A stretch of 32,000 bases of DNA from Pseudomonas aeruginosa (GCF_001457615.1 NZ_LN831024.1:3900001-3932000), one strand, 5' to 3'. Counted from the first letter of the stretch, positions 1 through 10,246 are shown. Numbers and translations: made by a program. Notes: generated from the letters alone by a model not told the origin.

Positions 1-591
1 GCCTACCTGAACGGGCTGTACCTGCTCGACCCCTTCTACCAGGCTTGCCGGGAAGGCCTGGCCAGCGGCCTGTACCGCCTCGAGGAGATCGCCCCGGACC
101 ATTTCCGGCAGAGCGAGTACTACCTCAGCTACTTCCACGACAACGTTCTGGAGGACGAGGTGCAGTTCATCCTACAGGTGCCCGGCCAGGGCGCGCTGTC
201 GCTGTCGCTGGGCATGCAGAGGATGTTCGCCGACGAGGAATGCGGGATGCTCGGCTTGCTCTCGAGCTGGGTCCTGGCGCTGATGCAGCAGCACTGGCAG
301 CAACGCAGCCAGCGCCTGTTGCCGGCTGCACCGCAGGAAGAGATGGCCACGCAGATACGCGACGCCCTCAGCCACTTCGGCGCCAGCGTGCTATCGGAAC
401 GGGAACTGGAGATCGCCCGCCTGATCCTTCGCGGCTACTCGTCGAAGGCCATGGCCGAGCGCCTGGCGATCTCGCCGGAGACGATCAAGGTCCATCGGCG
501 CCACCTGTACGCCAAGCTGGACATTTCCTCGCAACCGGAGCTGTTCTCGCTGTTCATCCAGTCGCTCGGGCACGACCCGGAGAACCCCTAG
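1..591 (+). CDS. LuxR-family DNA-binding transcriptional regulator, 5' end outside window
   Basis: Open frame from base 1 to TAG 589-591; C-terminus has a LuxR HTH: LSERELEIARLILRGYSSKAMAERLAISPETIKVHRRHLYAKLDI. Confidence 0.9.
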   Translation, partial: AYLNGLYLLDPFYQACREGLASGLYRLEEIAPDHFRQSEYYLSYFHDNVLEDEVQFILQVPGQGALSLSLGMQRMFADEECGMLGLLSSWVLALMQQHWQQRSQRLLPAAPQEEMATQIRDALSHFGASVLSERELEIARLILRGYSSKAMAERLAISPETIKVHRRHLYAKLDISSQPELFSLFIQSLGHDPENP

Positions 592-594
592 GGA

Positions 595-1011
595 TCATGG
601 ATTGGCGTAGCGCCGGCTGAGACCGGGCGGGATGCCGCGAGCGTCGGTCTCGGTCCATGGACCCTGCGGGCTGGTGGACCAGAACCAGCCGCCGTCCCAC
701 CGGTAGTAGGTGCGCTGGCGGTAGTAGAGATCGCGCTCGCCACGGATCACGTAGACCCCCAGGCTGCCGTCCCAGACGCCCTTGCCGCCTGGCGGCGGGG
801 CGAACTGCGGACGCGAGCGGCTGGGCTGCGCCGGAGTCTGCGGTTGCGGGGTGATGCGCGGCGGGGTGGCGCCGGGCGCGCTGGACGGACCGGGCTGCGG
901 CTGGCTCTGCGGCGGCAGCGAGGCCGGCGGTTCGCTGGTCTGCGGCGGATGCACCACGCACCCGCCGAGACCGCCCAGGAGAATCGCCAGACCCAGATAC
1001 TTCGCCTTCAC
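595..1011 (-). CDS. small Pro-rich putative lipoprotein, ~138 aa, probable GTG start with GGGGAGGT upstream
   Basis: Lipobox-like MKAKYLGLAILLGGLGGC, Pro/Gln-rich linker, aromatic C-terminal region (YYRQRTYYRWDGGWFWSTSPQGPW). The 443-aa ORF in the track is this frame extended upstream through ccmI. Confidence 0.75.
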   Translation of the reverse strand: MKAKYLGLAILLGGLGGCVVHPPQTSEPPASLPPQSQPQPGPSSAPGATPPRITPQPQTPAQPSRSRPQFAPPPGGKGVWDGSLGVYVIRGERDLYYRQRTYYRWDGGWFWSTSPQGPWTETDARGIPPGLSRRYANP

Positions 1012-1037
1012 CGCCGCACCTCCCCAACCGATTGTCG

Positions 1038-2261
1038 TTATGGCCGGGCCGCCTGGGGCTGGTCCGGGCCGTCGATGGTCAGCGCTTGCGCCGACGACTG
1101 GGCAGTAGACAACGGTTTGCCGCGTCCGATCCACTCGCCGGAGATGGCGTTGCCGGCGCGGGATACCCGTGCCACCAGCTCGACCTGCGGGAAACCGCTG
1201 AGCTTGAGCTGCGGCATCATGGCGTCGGCATCGCTCAGGCTGACCTCGGCCGGCAGGTCGGCGACGGTCAGGCGCTTCACTGCCAACGGCATCGGCGGGC
1301 CGCCGACGGCGCGGGCGAAGACGAACACGCTGTCGTCGGCCTTGACCTGGCCCTTCACCGCGTCGCTGATATCCACCTTCACCGTCAGGGTCACCCCGGC
1401 GGCAGCGGGCGCGGCCGGCGCCGGCGGAGTCTGCCCGGCCTCGGTCATGCGCTCGCGGGCGCGCTGGATGCCGCCCTGGATCGCCGAGCGTGCCGGGTCC
1501 TCGTTCGGCAACACCGACACCAGGCGCTCCCAGAAGCCGATGGCGTCGGCGTAGCGCTGCTCTTCGAAGGCGGCGATGCCGAGCAGGCCAAGGGTGGTCA
1601 CTTCGGCCGGGTCGCCCTTCAGCGCCTCGTCGGCCAGGGCCTTGATCTGCGCGGTCATTTTCTTGCCACCGGAGAAATACAGTGCCTGCGCCCACTGGCC
1701 GAGCACTTCCGGCTGCCGCCCGCTGAGTTCGGCGGCGCGTTCGAAGGCCCGCGCCGCATCGGCGCCGCGTTCCTGGGTCATGTAGGTGCGACCGAGGAAG
1801 TACCAGCCCTGGGCGGAATCCGGCTGGGCCTGTACCGCGCGCTCCAGGCGCGCAGTCATCTCTTCCATGGAGTGCGGCGCCTGGGCGAATTCGCGGGCCA
1901 GCTCGACCTTGTCGCTGGCGCCCCAATGCAGGTACAGGCCGAGCGCGACCAACGGCACCAGCAGCGCCGCGACCAGCGGGACCGCCCGGCCCAGGCGCGA
2001 GCTACGCTCTTCGCCGCTGCCCTCGGTGTCGGCGAGCAGTTCGCGGGCAGCCTCGGCGCGGCCATTCTCCAGTTGCTCGGCGGTCAGCGTGCCGGCGGCC
2101 TGCTGGCCGGCCAGCTCGGCGATCCGCTCCTGATAAAGCGCGACGTTCAGGGCGGTACGGTCTTCCTCGGCCTGGGCGCGACGGCCACGCAGCAGCGGAA
2201 TCAGCAGGAATGCCAGGGCCGCCAGCAGCAGCAGGCCGGCAGCGAGCCAGAAATCGATCAT
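1038..2261 (-). CDS. ccmI: cytochrome c maturation protein CcmI/CycH
   Basis: 407 aa, N-terminal TMs, TPR-like region, last gene of the ccm operon; overlaps ccmH by 4 nt. Confidence 0.95.
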   Translation of the reverse strand: MIDFWLAAGLLLLAALAFLLIPLLRGRRAQAEEDRTALNVALYQERIAELAGQQAAGTLTAEQLENGRAEAARELLADTEGSGEERSSRLGRAVPLVAALLVPLVALGLYLHWGASDKVELAREFAQAPHSMEEMTARLERAVQAQPDSAQGWYFLGRTYMTQERGADAARAFERAAELSGRQPEVLGQWAQALYFSGGKKMTAQIKALADEALKGDPAEVTTLGLLGIAAFEEQRYADAIGFWERLVSVLPNEDPARSAIQGGIQRARERMTEAGQTPPAPAAPAAAGVTLTVKVDISDAVKGQVKADDSVFVFARAVGGPPMPLAVKRLTVADLPAEVSLSDADAMMPQLKLSGFPQVELVARVSRAGNAISGEWIGRGKPLSTAQSSAQALTIDGPDQPQAARP

Positions 2262-2725
2262 TTGTCGTTCTTCAACAGGTTGGCGAGGCGCGCTTGCTCC
2301 TCGGCGGACAGGGTGGTTTGCACCTTGGCAGCGGTGCGCCGGCGGCGCAGGACGATCACGCCGATCACCAGCACGCCGAACAGCAGCAAGGCGCCCGGAC
2401 CGAACCAGAGCAGCCAGGTACGCTCGTTGACCGGCGGCTTGTAGCGAACGAAATCACCGTAGCGGGCAACCATGTAGTCGACGATCTCGCCGTCGCTCTT
2501 GCCCTGCTGCAACTGGCCGTAGATCTGCTTGCGCAGGTCGGCGGCGATCGGTGCGTTGGAGTCGGCGATGTCCTGGTTCTGGCACTTCGGGCAGCGCAGT
2601 TCCTGGGTCAGGTTGCGGAAGCGTTCGCGCTCGGCGTCGCTGGCGAACTCGTAGGTGTCGATGGCGGCCCGGGCCACGCCGCAGAGGGCGAGACCGAGCA
2701 GCGCGGTGACGAGGAAACGCTTCAT
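2258..2725 (-). CDS. ccmH: cytochrome c maturation protein CcmH (heme lyase subunit)
   Basis: Signal peptide [20 protein letters not shown] and LRCPKCQNQ redox motif; 155 aa from internal ATG of the 262-aa ORF. Confidence 0.95.
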   Translation of the reverse strand: MKRFLVTALLGLALCGVARAAIDTYEFASDAERERFRNLTQELRCPKCQNQDIADSNAPIAADLRKQIYGQLQQGKSDGEIVDYMVARYGDFVRYKPPVNERTWLLWFGPGALLLFGVLVIGVIVLRRRRTAAKVQTTLSAEEQARLANLLKNDK

Positions 2726-3264
2726 CGGGCCTCCGGCTCGTCCAGCAGTTGCTGGTACAGCGGCGCCAGTTGCTCGCGCCAGACTTTCTGGTCGACCACC
2801 CCGACGATCTTGTGGCGGATGATGCCCTGTTTGTCGATCAGGTAGGTTTCCGGCGCACCGTACACGCCCAGGTCCAGGCCCAGGGTGCCGTCGGCGTCGC
2901 TGATGCTCAGCAGGTAGGGATTGTGCAGCTCGTTCAGCCACTTGATGGCGGCGGCGTTGTCGTCCTTGTAGTTGATCCCGTAGATCACCACGCCCTGCTC
3001 GGCCAGTCGGGTCAGTTCCGGGTGCTCGACCCGGCACGACGGGCACCAGGTGCCCCAGACGTTGACCAGCGCCGGCTTGCCCTTGAGGTCGGCCTCGGTC
3101 AGGCGCCGGGCCGGGTCCTGCACGCTGGGCAGGTCGAAGGCCGGGAACGGCTTGCCGATCAGCGCCGAGGGCAGCTCGCTGGGGTCCAGCCAGAGGCCGC
3201 GGAAGAGGAACACCGCGACGATCAGGAAGATCCCCAGCGGCAGCAGCAGAATCGCTCGTTTCAA
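2722..3264 (-). CDS. ccmG: thiol:disulfide oxidoreductase CcmG/DsbE
   Basis: TM anchor, WGTWCPSCR active site, 180 aa. Confidence 0.96.
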   Translation of the reverse strand: MKRAILLLPLGIFLIVAVFLFRGLWLDPSELPSALIGKPFPAFDLPSVQDPARRLTEADLKGKPALVNVWGTWCPSCRVEHPELTRLAEQGVVIYGINYKDDNAAAIKWLNELHNPYLLSISDADGTLGLDLGVYGAPETYLIDKQGIIRHKIVGVVDQKVWREQLAPLYQQLLDEPEAR

Positions 3265-3267
3265 GAC

Positions 3268-5241
3268 TCAGGCTCCCTGACCGGCGAGGCCCAGGGCCTC
3301 GCGCACACGTGTTTTCACCTTCACCCGGTAGCGCCGGTCGAGCGCCGCCAGGGCGCCGCCGAGGCCCATCAGCAGGCCACCGAACCAGATCCAGCGGACG
3401 AACGGCTTGACGTGCACGCGCACCGCCCAGGCACCGTTCTCCAGCGGCTCGCCGAGCGCCACGTAGAGGTCGCGGGTAAAGCCGGCATCGATCCCTGCCT
3501 CGGTCATCATCGAACTCTGCACGGTGTACAGGCGCTTCTCCGGATGCAGGGTGGCGATCTCCTTGCCGTCGCGGCTGACGTGGATGCTGCCCTTGTCCGA
3601 GGTGTAGTTCGGCCCTTCGTGGTGCTTCGCGCCGTCGAAGAGGAAGTGGTAGCCGCCCAGTTCGACGGTGTCGCCGGGCGACATGCGCAGGTCACGCTGG
3701 GCGCTGTACTGGCTGCTGAGGACGATGCCGATGGCGCACACGGCGATGCCCAGGTGCGCCAGTTGCATGCCCCAGTAGCTGCGGGTCAGGCTGCGGGCGC
3801 CGGCCAGCACGCCCTTGTGCCGGGTCTTGTCGAGGAAGTCGCGGAAACCGGCCAGGACCACCCAGGCGGACAGCAGGAACACCGCCAGCACCGCCCAGTT
3901 GAAATCGCCGAAGTACATCGAACCGGCCGCCGCCAGGACCGCGCTGGCCACCAGCACCGGGGTCAGCATGCCGAGCAGCCAGCGGCTCGGGGTGTCCTTC
4001 CAGCGCACCAGCACGCCGACCGCCAGGGCCGCCATCAGCGCCGCCATCAGCGGCAGGAACATGGCGTTGAAGTACGGCGGGCCGACCGACAGCTTGGCGC
4101 CGCTGAGGGCATCGAGCAGCAGCGGGTAGAGGGTCCCGAGGAGAATCATCGAGGCCGCCACCACCAACACCAGGTTGTTCAGCAGCAGCAGGGTCTCGCG
4201 CGACCACAGGGCGAAGCCGACCTGGCTCTTGACCACCGGCGCGCGCAGGGCGAACAGGGTCAGCGAGCCGCCGACCACCAGCAGCAGGAAGGCGAGGATG
4301 AACACCCCGCGCTCCGGGTCGGAGGCGAAGGCGTGCACCGAGGTGAGCACGCCGGAGCGGACCAGGAAGGTGCCCAGCAGGCTCAGGGAGAAAGCGGCGA
4401 TCGCCAGCAGCACGGTCCAGCTCTTGAACACGCCGCGCTTCTCGGTCACCGCCAGCGAGTGGATCAGTGCAGTGCCGACCAGCCAGGGCATGAAGGAGGC
4501 GTTTTCCACCGGATCCCAGAACCACCAGCCCCCCCAGCCCAGCTCGTAGTAGGCCCACCAGGAGCCGAGCACGATGCCGATACCGAGGAAGGCCCAGGCT
4601 ACCAGGGTCCAGGGCCGCGACCAGCGCGCCCAGGCGGCGTCCAGGCGGCCGCCGAGCAGTGCGGCGATGGCGAAGGCGAAGGCCACCGAGAATCCGACGT
4701 AACCCATGTAGAGCATCGGCGGGTGGACGATCAGGCCGACGTCCTGCAGCAGCGGGTTGAGGTCGTTGCCGTCCATCGGGGTCTGCGGCAGCAGGCGGCT
4801 GAACGGGTTGGAGGTGATGATCAGGAACAGCAGGAAGCCGGTGCTGATCATGCCCATCACCGCCAGCACGCGGGCCAGCATGACCTCCGGCAGTTGCCGG
4901 GAGAAGATCGACACGGCGAAGGTCCAGCCACCGAGGATCAGCGCCCAGAGCAGCAGCGAACCTTCGTGGGCGCCCCAGACGGCGCTGAACTTGTAGTACC
5001 AGGGCAGCGCGCTGTTGGAGTTGCCGGCCACGTAGGCCACCGAGAAGTCGTCGCGCAGGAAGGCCCAGGTCAGGCAGCCGAAGGCGAAGGCGAGGAAGGC
5101 GAACTGCCCCCAGGCCGCCGGGCGCGCCAGGCTCATCCACTGGCGGTCGCCGCGCCAGGCGCCGACCAGCGGCAGGCTCGACTGCACCAGGGCCAGGCAG
5201 AGGGCGAGGATCAGGGCCAGGTGGCCGAGTTCGGGGATCAT
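3268..5241 (-). CDS. ccmF: heme lyase CcmF
   Basis: 657 aa polytopic; WGGWWFWDPVENASFMPWL tryptophan-rich signature. Confidence 0.98.
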   Translation of the reverse strand: MIPELGHLALILALCLALVQSSLPLVGAWRGDRQWMSLARPAAWGQFAFLAFAFGCLTWAFLRDDFSVAYVAGNSNSALPWYYKFSAVWGAHEGSLLLWALILGGWTFAVSIFSRQLPEVMLARVLAVMGMISTGFLLFLIITSNPFSRLLPQTPMDGNDLNPLLQDVGLIVHPPMLYMGYVGFSVAFAFAIAALLGGRLDAAWARWSRPWTLVAWAFLGIGIVLGSWWAYYELGWGGWWFWDPVENASFMPWLVGTALIHSLAVTEKRGVFKSWTVLLAIAAFSLSLLGTFLVRSGVLTSVHAFASDPERGVFILAFLLLVVGGSLTLFALRAPVVKSQVGFALWSRETLLLLNNLVLVVAASMILLGTLYPLLLDALSGAKLSVGPPYFNAMFLPLMAALMAALAVGVLVRWKDTPSRWLLGMLTPVLVASAVLAAAGSMYFGDFNWAVLAVFLLSAWVVLAGFRDFLDKTRHKGVLAGARSLTRSYWGMQLAHLGIAVCAIGIVLSSQYSAQRDLRMSPGDTVELGGYHFLFDGAKHHEGPNYTSDKGSIHVSRDGKEIATLHPEKRLYTVQSSMMTEAGIDAGFTRDLYVALGEPLENGAWAVRVHVKPFVRWIWFGGLLMGLGGALAALDRRYRVKVKTRVREALGLAGQGA

Positions 5242-5730
5242 CTACTTGCCCTCCTGGTTGTACGAGGTCTCGCCGGCGGTCTTGCCGTTCTCGTAGTGCT
5301 TCAGTTGGCCGCTGTCCTTGAGCGCCTTGGTGACTTCCGGCGGCATGTAGTTCTCGTCGTGCTTGGCCAGCACTTCATCGGCCACCAGCACGCCGTCGCC
5401 GCCCAGCTTGCCGAGGGCGACGATGCCCTGCCCCTCGCGGAACAGGTCGGGAAGGATGCCATGGTAGGCGATGGTCACTTCCTTGGCGCCGTCGGTGACC
5501 ACGAAACGCACGTTCAGCGAATCCTCGCTGCGTTGCAGAGAACCCTTTTCCACCAGGCCGCCGGCGCGTATGCGGGTGTCGGTCGGCGCTTCGCCGTTGG
5601 CGATCTGGGTCGGGGTGTAGAACAGGTTGATGTTCTGTTGCAGGGCCGACAGCGCCAGGCCCACCGCGGCGCCGACACCCGCCACGATGGCGAGGACGAT
5701 GATCAGACGTTTCTTGCGAACCGGATTCAC
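5242..5730 (-). CDS. ccmE: heme chaperone CcmE
   Basis: 162 aa; [36 protein letters not shown] and [11 protein letters not shown] heme-binding motif. Confidence 0.97.
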   Translation of the reverse strand: MNPVRKKRLIIVLAIVAGVGAAVGLALSALQQNINLFYTPTQIANGEAPTDTRIRAGGLVEKGSLQRSEDSLNVRFVVTDGAKEVTIAYHGILPDLFREGQGIVALGKLGGDGVLVADEVLAKHDENYMPPEVTKALKDSGQLKHYENGKTAGETSYNQEGK

Positions 5731-5903
5731 TGCTGGGCCTCCCGGCGCAGACGACGCGCCTCTTCTTGCAGGTAGCGGCGCCGGGCCAGCAGCGGCTCGG
5801 CGACATTGATCGCCAGCACCAGCAGGCTGATGCCGTAGGCCGACCAGACGTAGGGGCCGTGATGGCCCATGGCGAGGAAGTCGCCGAACGATTCGAAGCT
5901 CAT
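5727..5903 (-). CDS. ccmD: heme exporter protein CcmD
   Basis: 58 aa [45 protein letters not shown]; 4-nt overlaps with both neighbours. Confidence 0.93.
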   Translation of the reverse strand: MSFESFGDFLAMGHHGPYVWSAYGISLLVLAINVAEPLLARRRYLQEEARRLRREAQQ

Positions 5904-6658
5904 CGTGCCTTCTCCACCAGGGCCTTCACCTCGGCTTTCGCCCAGGCGGTGCGGGACTCGCGCTTGAGCACTTCCAGGCGCATGCGCACCAGCAGCATGG
6001 CCGCGAAGAAGCAATAGAAGCCGAGGACCATGATCAGCAACGGCAACCACATCTCCACCGGCATCGCCGGTTTCTCGGTGATGGTGAAGGTGGCCGGCTG
6101 GTGCAGGGTGTTCCACCACTCCACCGAGTATTTGATGATCGGGATGTTCACCACGCCGACGATGGCCAGTACGGCACAGGCCTTGGCCGCGCTGTCGCGG
6201 TTACTGATCGCCTGGCCGAGGGCGATGATGCCGAAATAGAGGAAAAGCAGGATCAGCATCGCCGTCAGGCGCGCATCCCAGACCCACCAGGCGCCCCAGG
6301 TCGGCTTGCCCCAGACGGCCCCGGTAAGCAGCGCGACGAAGGTCATCCAGGCGCCGATGGGAGCGGCGCACTGCACCGCCACGTCGGCGATCTTCATCTT
6401 CCAGATCAGCCCGACGGCACCGGCCACGGCCAGCATGACGTAGCAGGACTGGGCGAGGAAGGCCGCCGGCACATGGATATAGATGATGCGGAAGCTATTG
6501 CCCTGCTGGTAGTCCGGCGGCGCGAAGGCCAGCCCCCAGACGCAGCCGGTGACGATCAGCAGCGCCGCCGCCACGGCGAACCAGGGCAGCCAGCGGCCGC
6601 TGATCTCGTAGAACCACTTGGGCGACCCAAGCTTGTGAAACCATGTCCAATTCATCAT
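5900..6658 (-). CDS. ccmC: heme exporter protein CcmC
   Basis: 252 aa, six TM segments, W-rich motif [15 protein letters not shown]. Confidence 0.97.
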   Translation of the reverse strand: MMNWTWFHKLGSPKWFYEISGRWLPWFAVAAALLIVTGCVWGLAFAPPDYQQGNSFRIIYIHVPAAFLAQSCYVMLAVAGAVGLIWKMKIADVAVQCAAPIGAWMTFVALLTGAVWGKPTWGAWWVWDARLTAMLILLFLYFGIIALGQAISNRDSAAKACAVLAIVGVVNIPIIKYSVEWWNTLHQPATFTITEKPAMPVEMWLPLLIMVLGFYCFFAAMLLVRMRLEVLKRESRTAWAKAEVKALVEKAR

Positions 6659-6728
6659 CAGGCTCTGTTTACAGGGCTCTTTGGAAATACCGGGCAGACC
6701 TTCCGCTGCCAGCCCGGGTCAAGCGTGG

Positions 6729-6778
6729 GCGGCACAGCCGCCCGGTACCGCACGCCCGCCGATGCCTTCGGCGGGCGG
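6729..6778. other. two tandem perfect hairpins in ccmB-ccmC gap
   Basis: GGGCGGC-ACA-GCCGCCC (6729-6745) and GCCCGCCGA-TGCCT-TCGGCGGGC (6756-6778). Confidence 0.7.
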
Positions 6779-6780
6779 AC

Positions 6781-7452
6781 TCACTCGCCTACGCTGATCT
6801 TCAGGCCGGCAGCGATGGCGAATGGCGTGAGTGTCAATGCTAGCGCCGTCAGGCTCGCCAGCCACAATAAATGTCCGCTGCTGGGCAGTCCCTGCAGCGA
6901 AGCCTGCAGCGCCCCGCTACCGAGAATCAGCACCGGGATGTACAGCGGCAGGATCAGCAGCGCCAGCAACAGGCCGCCGCGCTTGAGGCCCACGGTCAAG
7001 GCCGCGCCGACGGCGCCGAGCAGGCTCAGCACCGGCGTACCGAGCAACAGGGAAAGCAGCAGCACCGGTATGCAACGGGCCGGCAGGCCCAGCATCAGCG
7101 CGAACAGCGGCGACATCAGGACCAGGGCCAGCCCGGAAAACAGCCAGTGTGCCAGCACCTTGGCCAGCACCAGAAGAGCCAGGGGGTGCGGCGAAAGGAC
7201 CCACTGCTCCAGAGAACCGTCCTCGAAATCGCTGCGGAACAGCCCTTCCAGCGAGAGCAGCACGGCCAATAGCGCCGCCACCCAGACCAGGCCGGGCGAC
7301 AAGGTTTGTAGCAATTGGCTCTCCGGCCCGACCGCCAGGGGGAACAGGGCGATGACGATGGCGAAGAACACCAGCGGATTGGCCAGCTCCGCCGGTCGGC
7401 GGAACAGCAGGCGCGCCTCGCGCGCCAGGAGCAGGCTGAAGACGTTGCTCAT
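6781..7452 (-). CDS. ccmB: heme exporter permease CcmB
   Basis: 223 aa from [30 protein letters not shown]; internal start of the 269-aa ORF; ATGA overlap with ccmA. Confidence 0.95.
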   Translation of the reverse strand: MSNVFSLLLAREARLLFRRPAELANPLVFFAIVIALFPLAVGPESQLLQTLSPGLVWVAALLAVLLSLEGLFRSDFEDGSLEQWVLSPHPLALLVLAKVLAHWLFSGLALVLMSPLFALMLGLPARCIPVLLLSLLLGTPVLSLLGAVGAALTVGLKRGGLLLALLILPLYIPVLILGSGALQASLQGLPSSGHLLWLASLTALALTLTPFAIAAGLKISVGE

Positions 7453-8150
7453 GCCGGGTCGCCCATCGCCGGCTCGACCGTCGCGCCGCTGGCCGCCTTG
7501 AGCGCACCGAGGTCCAGCTCGCGGTAGCCGGCGGGCATCTGCTGCAGGCTGTGGTGGGTGGTCAGCACCACCATCCCGCCGCGCTGGCAATGCCCGGCCA
7601 GGTGCGTTTCCAGTTGCGCCACCCCCTGTTTGTCGAGGGCGGTGAAGGGTTCATCGAGGATCCACAAGGGCGGTGCGTCCAGGTACAGGCGGGCCAGCGC
7701 CACGCGGCGTTGCTGGCCGGCGGAAAGGGTGTGGCAGGGAACGTCCTCGAAGCCACGCAGGCCGACGTCGGCCAGGGCCTGCCAGATCGCCTCGCGGCTG
7801 GCCGGCTGGTGCAGCGCGCAGAGCCAGGTGAGGTTCTCCTCGGCGCTGAGCAGGCCCTTGATTCCCGCGGCGTGGCCGATCCACAGCAGGCTGCGGGCCA
7901 GTTCGCCGCGCTGTTCGGCGAGCGGCCGGCCGTTCAGGCGGACTTCCCCGGCGGTCGGCTGCATCAGTCCGGACAGCAGGCGCAGCAGGCTGGTCTTGCC
8001 GCTGCCGTTGGGACCCACCACCTGCAACATCTCACCGGCGGCCAGGCGCAGGTCGAGGCGCTCGAACAGCATGCGCCAGTCGCGCTCGCAGGCGAGCCCG
8101 ACGGTTTCCAGCAAGGGGCTGGCTGTGGGGACTTCAGCAGGATCGGACAT
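7449..8150 (-). CDS. ccmA: heme exporter ATP-binding protein CcmA
   Basis: Walker [16 protein letters not shown], signature [15 protein letters not shown], Walker [13 protein letters not shown]; start taken as MSDPAEV. Confidence 0.93.
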   Translation of the reverse strand: MSDPAEVPTASPLLETVGLACERDWRMLFERLDLRLAAGEMLQVVGPNGSGKTSLLRLLSGLMQPTAGEVRLNGRPLAEQRGELARSLLWIGHAAGIKGLLSAEENLTWLCALHQPASREAIWQALADVGLRGFEDVPCHTLSAGQQRRVALARLYLDAPPLWILDEPFTALDKQGVAQLETHLAGHCQRGGMVVLTTHHSLQQMPAGYRELDLGALKAASGATVEPAMGDPA

Positions 8151-8212
8151 CGAACAACATCGCCAAGCGTCTCTCCTCGTCGCGGCGCCGGAGGCCTTCA
8201 CGGAACAGACCC

Positions 8213-8239
8213 TAAAGTCGGGATAAACACGGCCGCTAT
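8213..8239 (+). promoter_or_regulatory. candidate sigma28 (FliA) promoter
   Basis: TAAAGTCG-N11-GCCGCTAT versus the enteric consensus TAAAGTTT-N11-GCCGATAA (12/16 matches with exact spacing), about 85 nt upstream of the FliK-like start. Confidence 0.5.
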
Positions 8240-8324
8240 ACTGGTGACGACGCGGCCAGCCTGTTTGACAGGCGCGGCATTATACACGCCCTTCCCCAGC
8301 CTCCGCAGGGTCGTTTAAGACAGG

Positions 8325-9914
8325 TTGTTACCCATGCCAGCCGAGATAGGCGCTTCCCCGCCACTACCCCCGGTTTCCGCCCCACGCCCGCTGCCGCCGG
8401 CGCAATCGCAGGGCAACGCCCAGGCCGACGCCGAGATGACCCTGAAGCTGGTGCAGACCCTGGCCGGCCTGCTGGGCGAAGGCGAGTCGGGCAAGGCCGA
8501 GGTGCTGGCGGTCAAGGAAGGCCTGGCGAACAATTTCCAGGTCCTGCTCAAGCTGACCCTGGCGAACAGCGGGCAGAGCCTGGTGGAAGTGCAGAGCAAT
8601 CGGCCGCTGGTGCCGGGCAACCTGCTCAACGTCAGCGCCACCAGCAACACCAGCGTGGTTGCAACCCTGCTCGACAGCATGGCCGGCGCTGGCCCGCTGA
8701 GCAGCCTCGACCTGGAGCAACTGCCGCCCGGCACCCTGCTCCAGGGCAAGGTCCTGTCCAGCACCGCGCTGCCGGCGGACAAGGCCCAGCAGGTGGTCTA
8801 CCGGGTCCTGCTGAACCTGCTCAACACGCCGCTCGCCGGCAGCAAGCTGAGCCTCGACTCGCCCCAGGCGCTGCCGGTCGGCAGCCTGCTCACGGCGCTG
8901 GTGAAAAACAGCCAGCAGATCGACTTCCTGCCGCTCAGCGGACGCCTCGACCAGCTTGCGCTGGGCCAGCAACTGGCCGGGCAGAGCGCCCGCCAGGCTT
9001 CCCTGGAAGGCCTGTTCGCCGCCCTGCAGGGGCTGAACGGCCGCAACGACCTGCCGGACAGCCTGCGCCAGGCCGTGGAGCGCCTCTTCGCCGGCCTGCC
9101 GGAGGCGCAGAAGATGGGCGATTCCAAGCTGCTCGGCCAGGCCCTGCAGCAGAGCGGCCTGTTCCTCGAGGCGCGCCTGATGCAGGGCGCCACCGATCAT
9201 CTCGGCCAGGACCTGAAGGCCAACCTGTTGCGCCTGTTCGCCCAGCTGTCGCCGCTGCCGCCGACCGGCGCCCAGGCGCCGGGCATGTTCGCCGGCAACA
9301 CGGCGAACCTGGCCCAGGCGCTGCCGGCCTTTGTCCGCAACGCCCTGGGCAACCTGGGACAGAGCGCCAACAAGACCCAGGCACTGAACTTTCCCCTGCC
9401 GAGCAAGGTTCTCCAACTGTTCGACGAGGACATGGAACTGGAGTCACTGCTGCGCCTTGCCGCCGCGGCGATCTCCCGCCTGCAGACCCATCAGTTGTCG
9501 AGCCTGGCGCAGACCAGCACCCTGCCGGATGGCACCCAACTGGCGACCTGGCAGATGGAGGTGCCCATGCGCCATCAGCACTCGGTGGTACCGTTGCAGG
9601 TGAAGTTCCAGGAAGAACAGCGCAAGACCGGCGAAGAGGCCCGCGAAAGCCTCTGGCGCGTCGAACTGGCCTTCGACCTGGAGCCGCTGGGACCGCTGCA
9701 CGCCCAGGCGACCCTGCTACGCGGCAGCCTGTCCAGCCAGCTTTGGGCCGAGCGAGACGCGACCGCGCGGCTGGTCGAGCATGAACTCGGCCACCTGCGC
9801 CAACGCCTGCGCGACGCCGGCCTGACCGTTGGCGAGATCACCTGCCAACGCGGCCACCCGCCCCAGGGCCCGCGAGCGACCATCGAACAACGCTGGGTAG
9901 ACGAAACCGCATGA
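8325..9914 (+). CDS. FliK-like (flagellar hook-length control) C-terminal domain protein
   Basis: 529 aa; Gln/Leu/Pro-rich N-terminus; C-terminus LWRVELAFDLEPLGPLHAQATLLRGSLSSQLWAERDATARLVEHELGHLRQRLRDAGLTVGEITCQRG resembles Flg_hook/FliK-C. Confidence 0.75.
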   Translation: MLPMPAEIGASPPLPPVSAPRPLPPAQSQGNAQADAEMTLKLVQTLAGLLGEGESGKAEVLAVKEGLANNFQVLLKLTLANSGQSLVEVQSNRPLVPGNLLNVSATSNTSVVATLLDSMAGAGPLSSLDLEQLPPGTLLQGKVLSSTALPADKAQQVVYRVLLNLLNTPLAGSKLSLDSPQALPVGSLLTALVKNSQQIDFLPLSGRLDQLALGQQLAGQSARQASLEGLFAALQGLNGRNDLPDSLRQAVERLFAGLPEAQKMGDSKLLGQALQQSGLFLEARLMQGATDHLGQDLKANLLRLFAQLSPLPPTGAQAPGMFAGNTANLAQALPAFVRNALGNLGQSANKTQALNFPLPSKVLQLFDEDMELESLLRLAAAAISRLQTHQLSSLAQTSTLPDGTQLATWQMEVPMRHQHSVVPLQVKFQEEQRKTGEEARESLWRVELAFDLEPLGPLHAQATLLRGSLSSQLWAERDATARLVEHELGHLRQRLRDAGLTVGEITCQRGHPPQGPRATIEQRWVDETA

Positions 9915-10246
9915 ACAGAAAGCAGTCACCCGCCCCGCGCCAGGCCATCGCCCTGAGCTACGACGGCCAGGCCGCGCCGACCCTTTCCGCCAAGGGCGAC
10001 GCCGAACTGGCCGAGGCGATCCTGGCCATCGCCCGCGACTACGAGGTACCGATCTACGAGAACGCCGAGCTGGTCCGCCTGCTCGCCCGCCTGGAACTCG
10101 GCGACGCCATTCCGGAAGCGCTGTATCGCACCATCGCCGAGATCATCGCCTTCGCCTGGCACCTGAAAGGCAAGTGTCCCGAGGGATTCGCGCCGGACGC
10201 CGCGGATGGCAACCAGATGCTGCTACTCGGCGGTCCCGGCGACTGA
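9911..10246 (+). CDS. stand-alone FlhB C-terminal-domain-like protein (FhlB/YlqH-type)
   Basis: 111 aa; ALSYDG..AP.LSAKGDAELAEAILAIARDYEVPIYENAELVRLLARLELGDAIPEALYRTIAEIIAFAW parallels FlhB-CTD; ATGA overlap with the FliK-like gene. Confidence 0.85.
   Translation: MNRKQSPAPRQAIALSYDGQAAPTLSAKGDAELAEAILAIARDYEVPIYENAELVRLLARLELGDAIPEALYRTIAEIIAFAWHLKGKCPEGFAPDAADGNQMLLLGGPGD

Noticed and set aside
595-1926. 443-aa minus-strand ORF taken at full length
   Set aside because: Upstream part is an off-frame read through ccmI; only the C-terminal 138 aa with lipobox and RBS look real.
1032-2444. 470-aa plus-strand ORF
   Set aside because: Antisense to ccmI; no credible protein features.
2749-5775. 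1008-aa plus-strand ORF
   Set aside because: Antisense to ccmG/ccmF/ccmE; His/Gln/Arg-rich composition typical of antisense frames in high-GC DNA.
8263-8284. TTGACA followed by TTATAC as a sigma70 promoter
   Set aside because: Spacing between the boxes is about 9-10 bp, too short for a -35/-10 pair.
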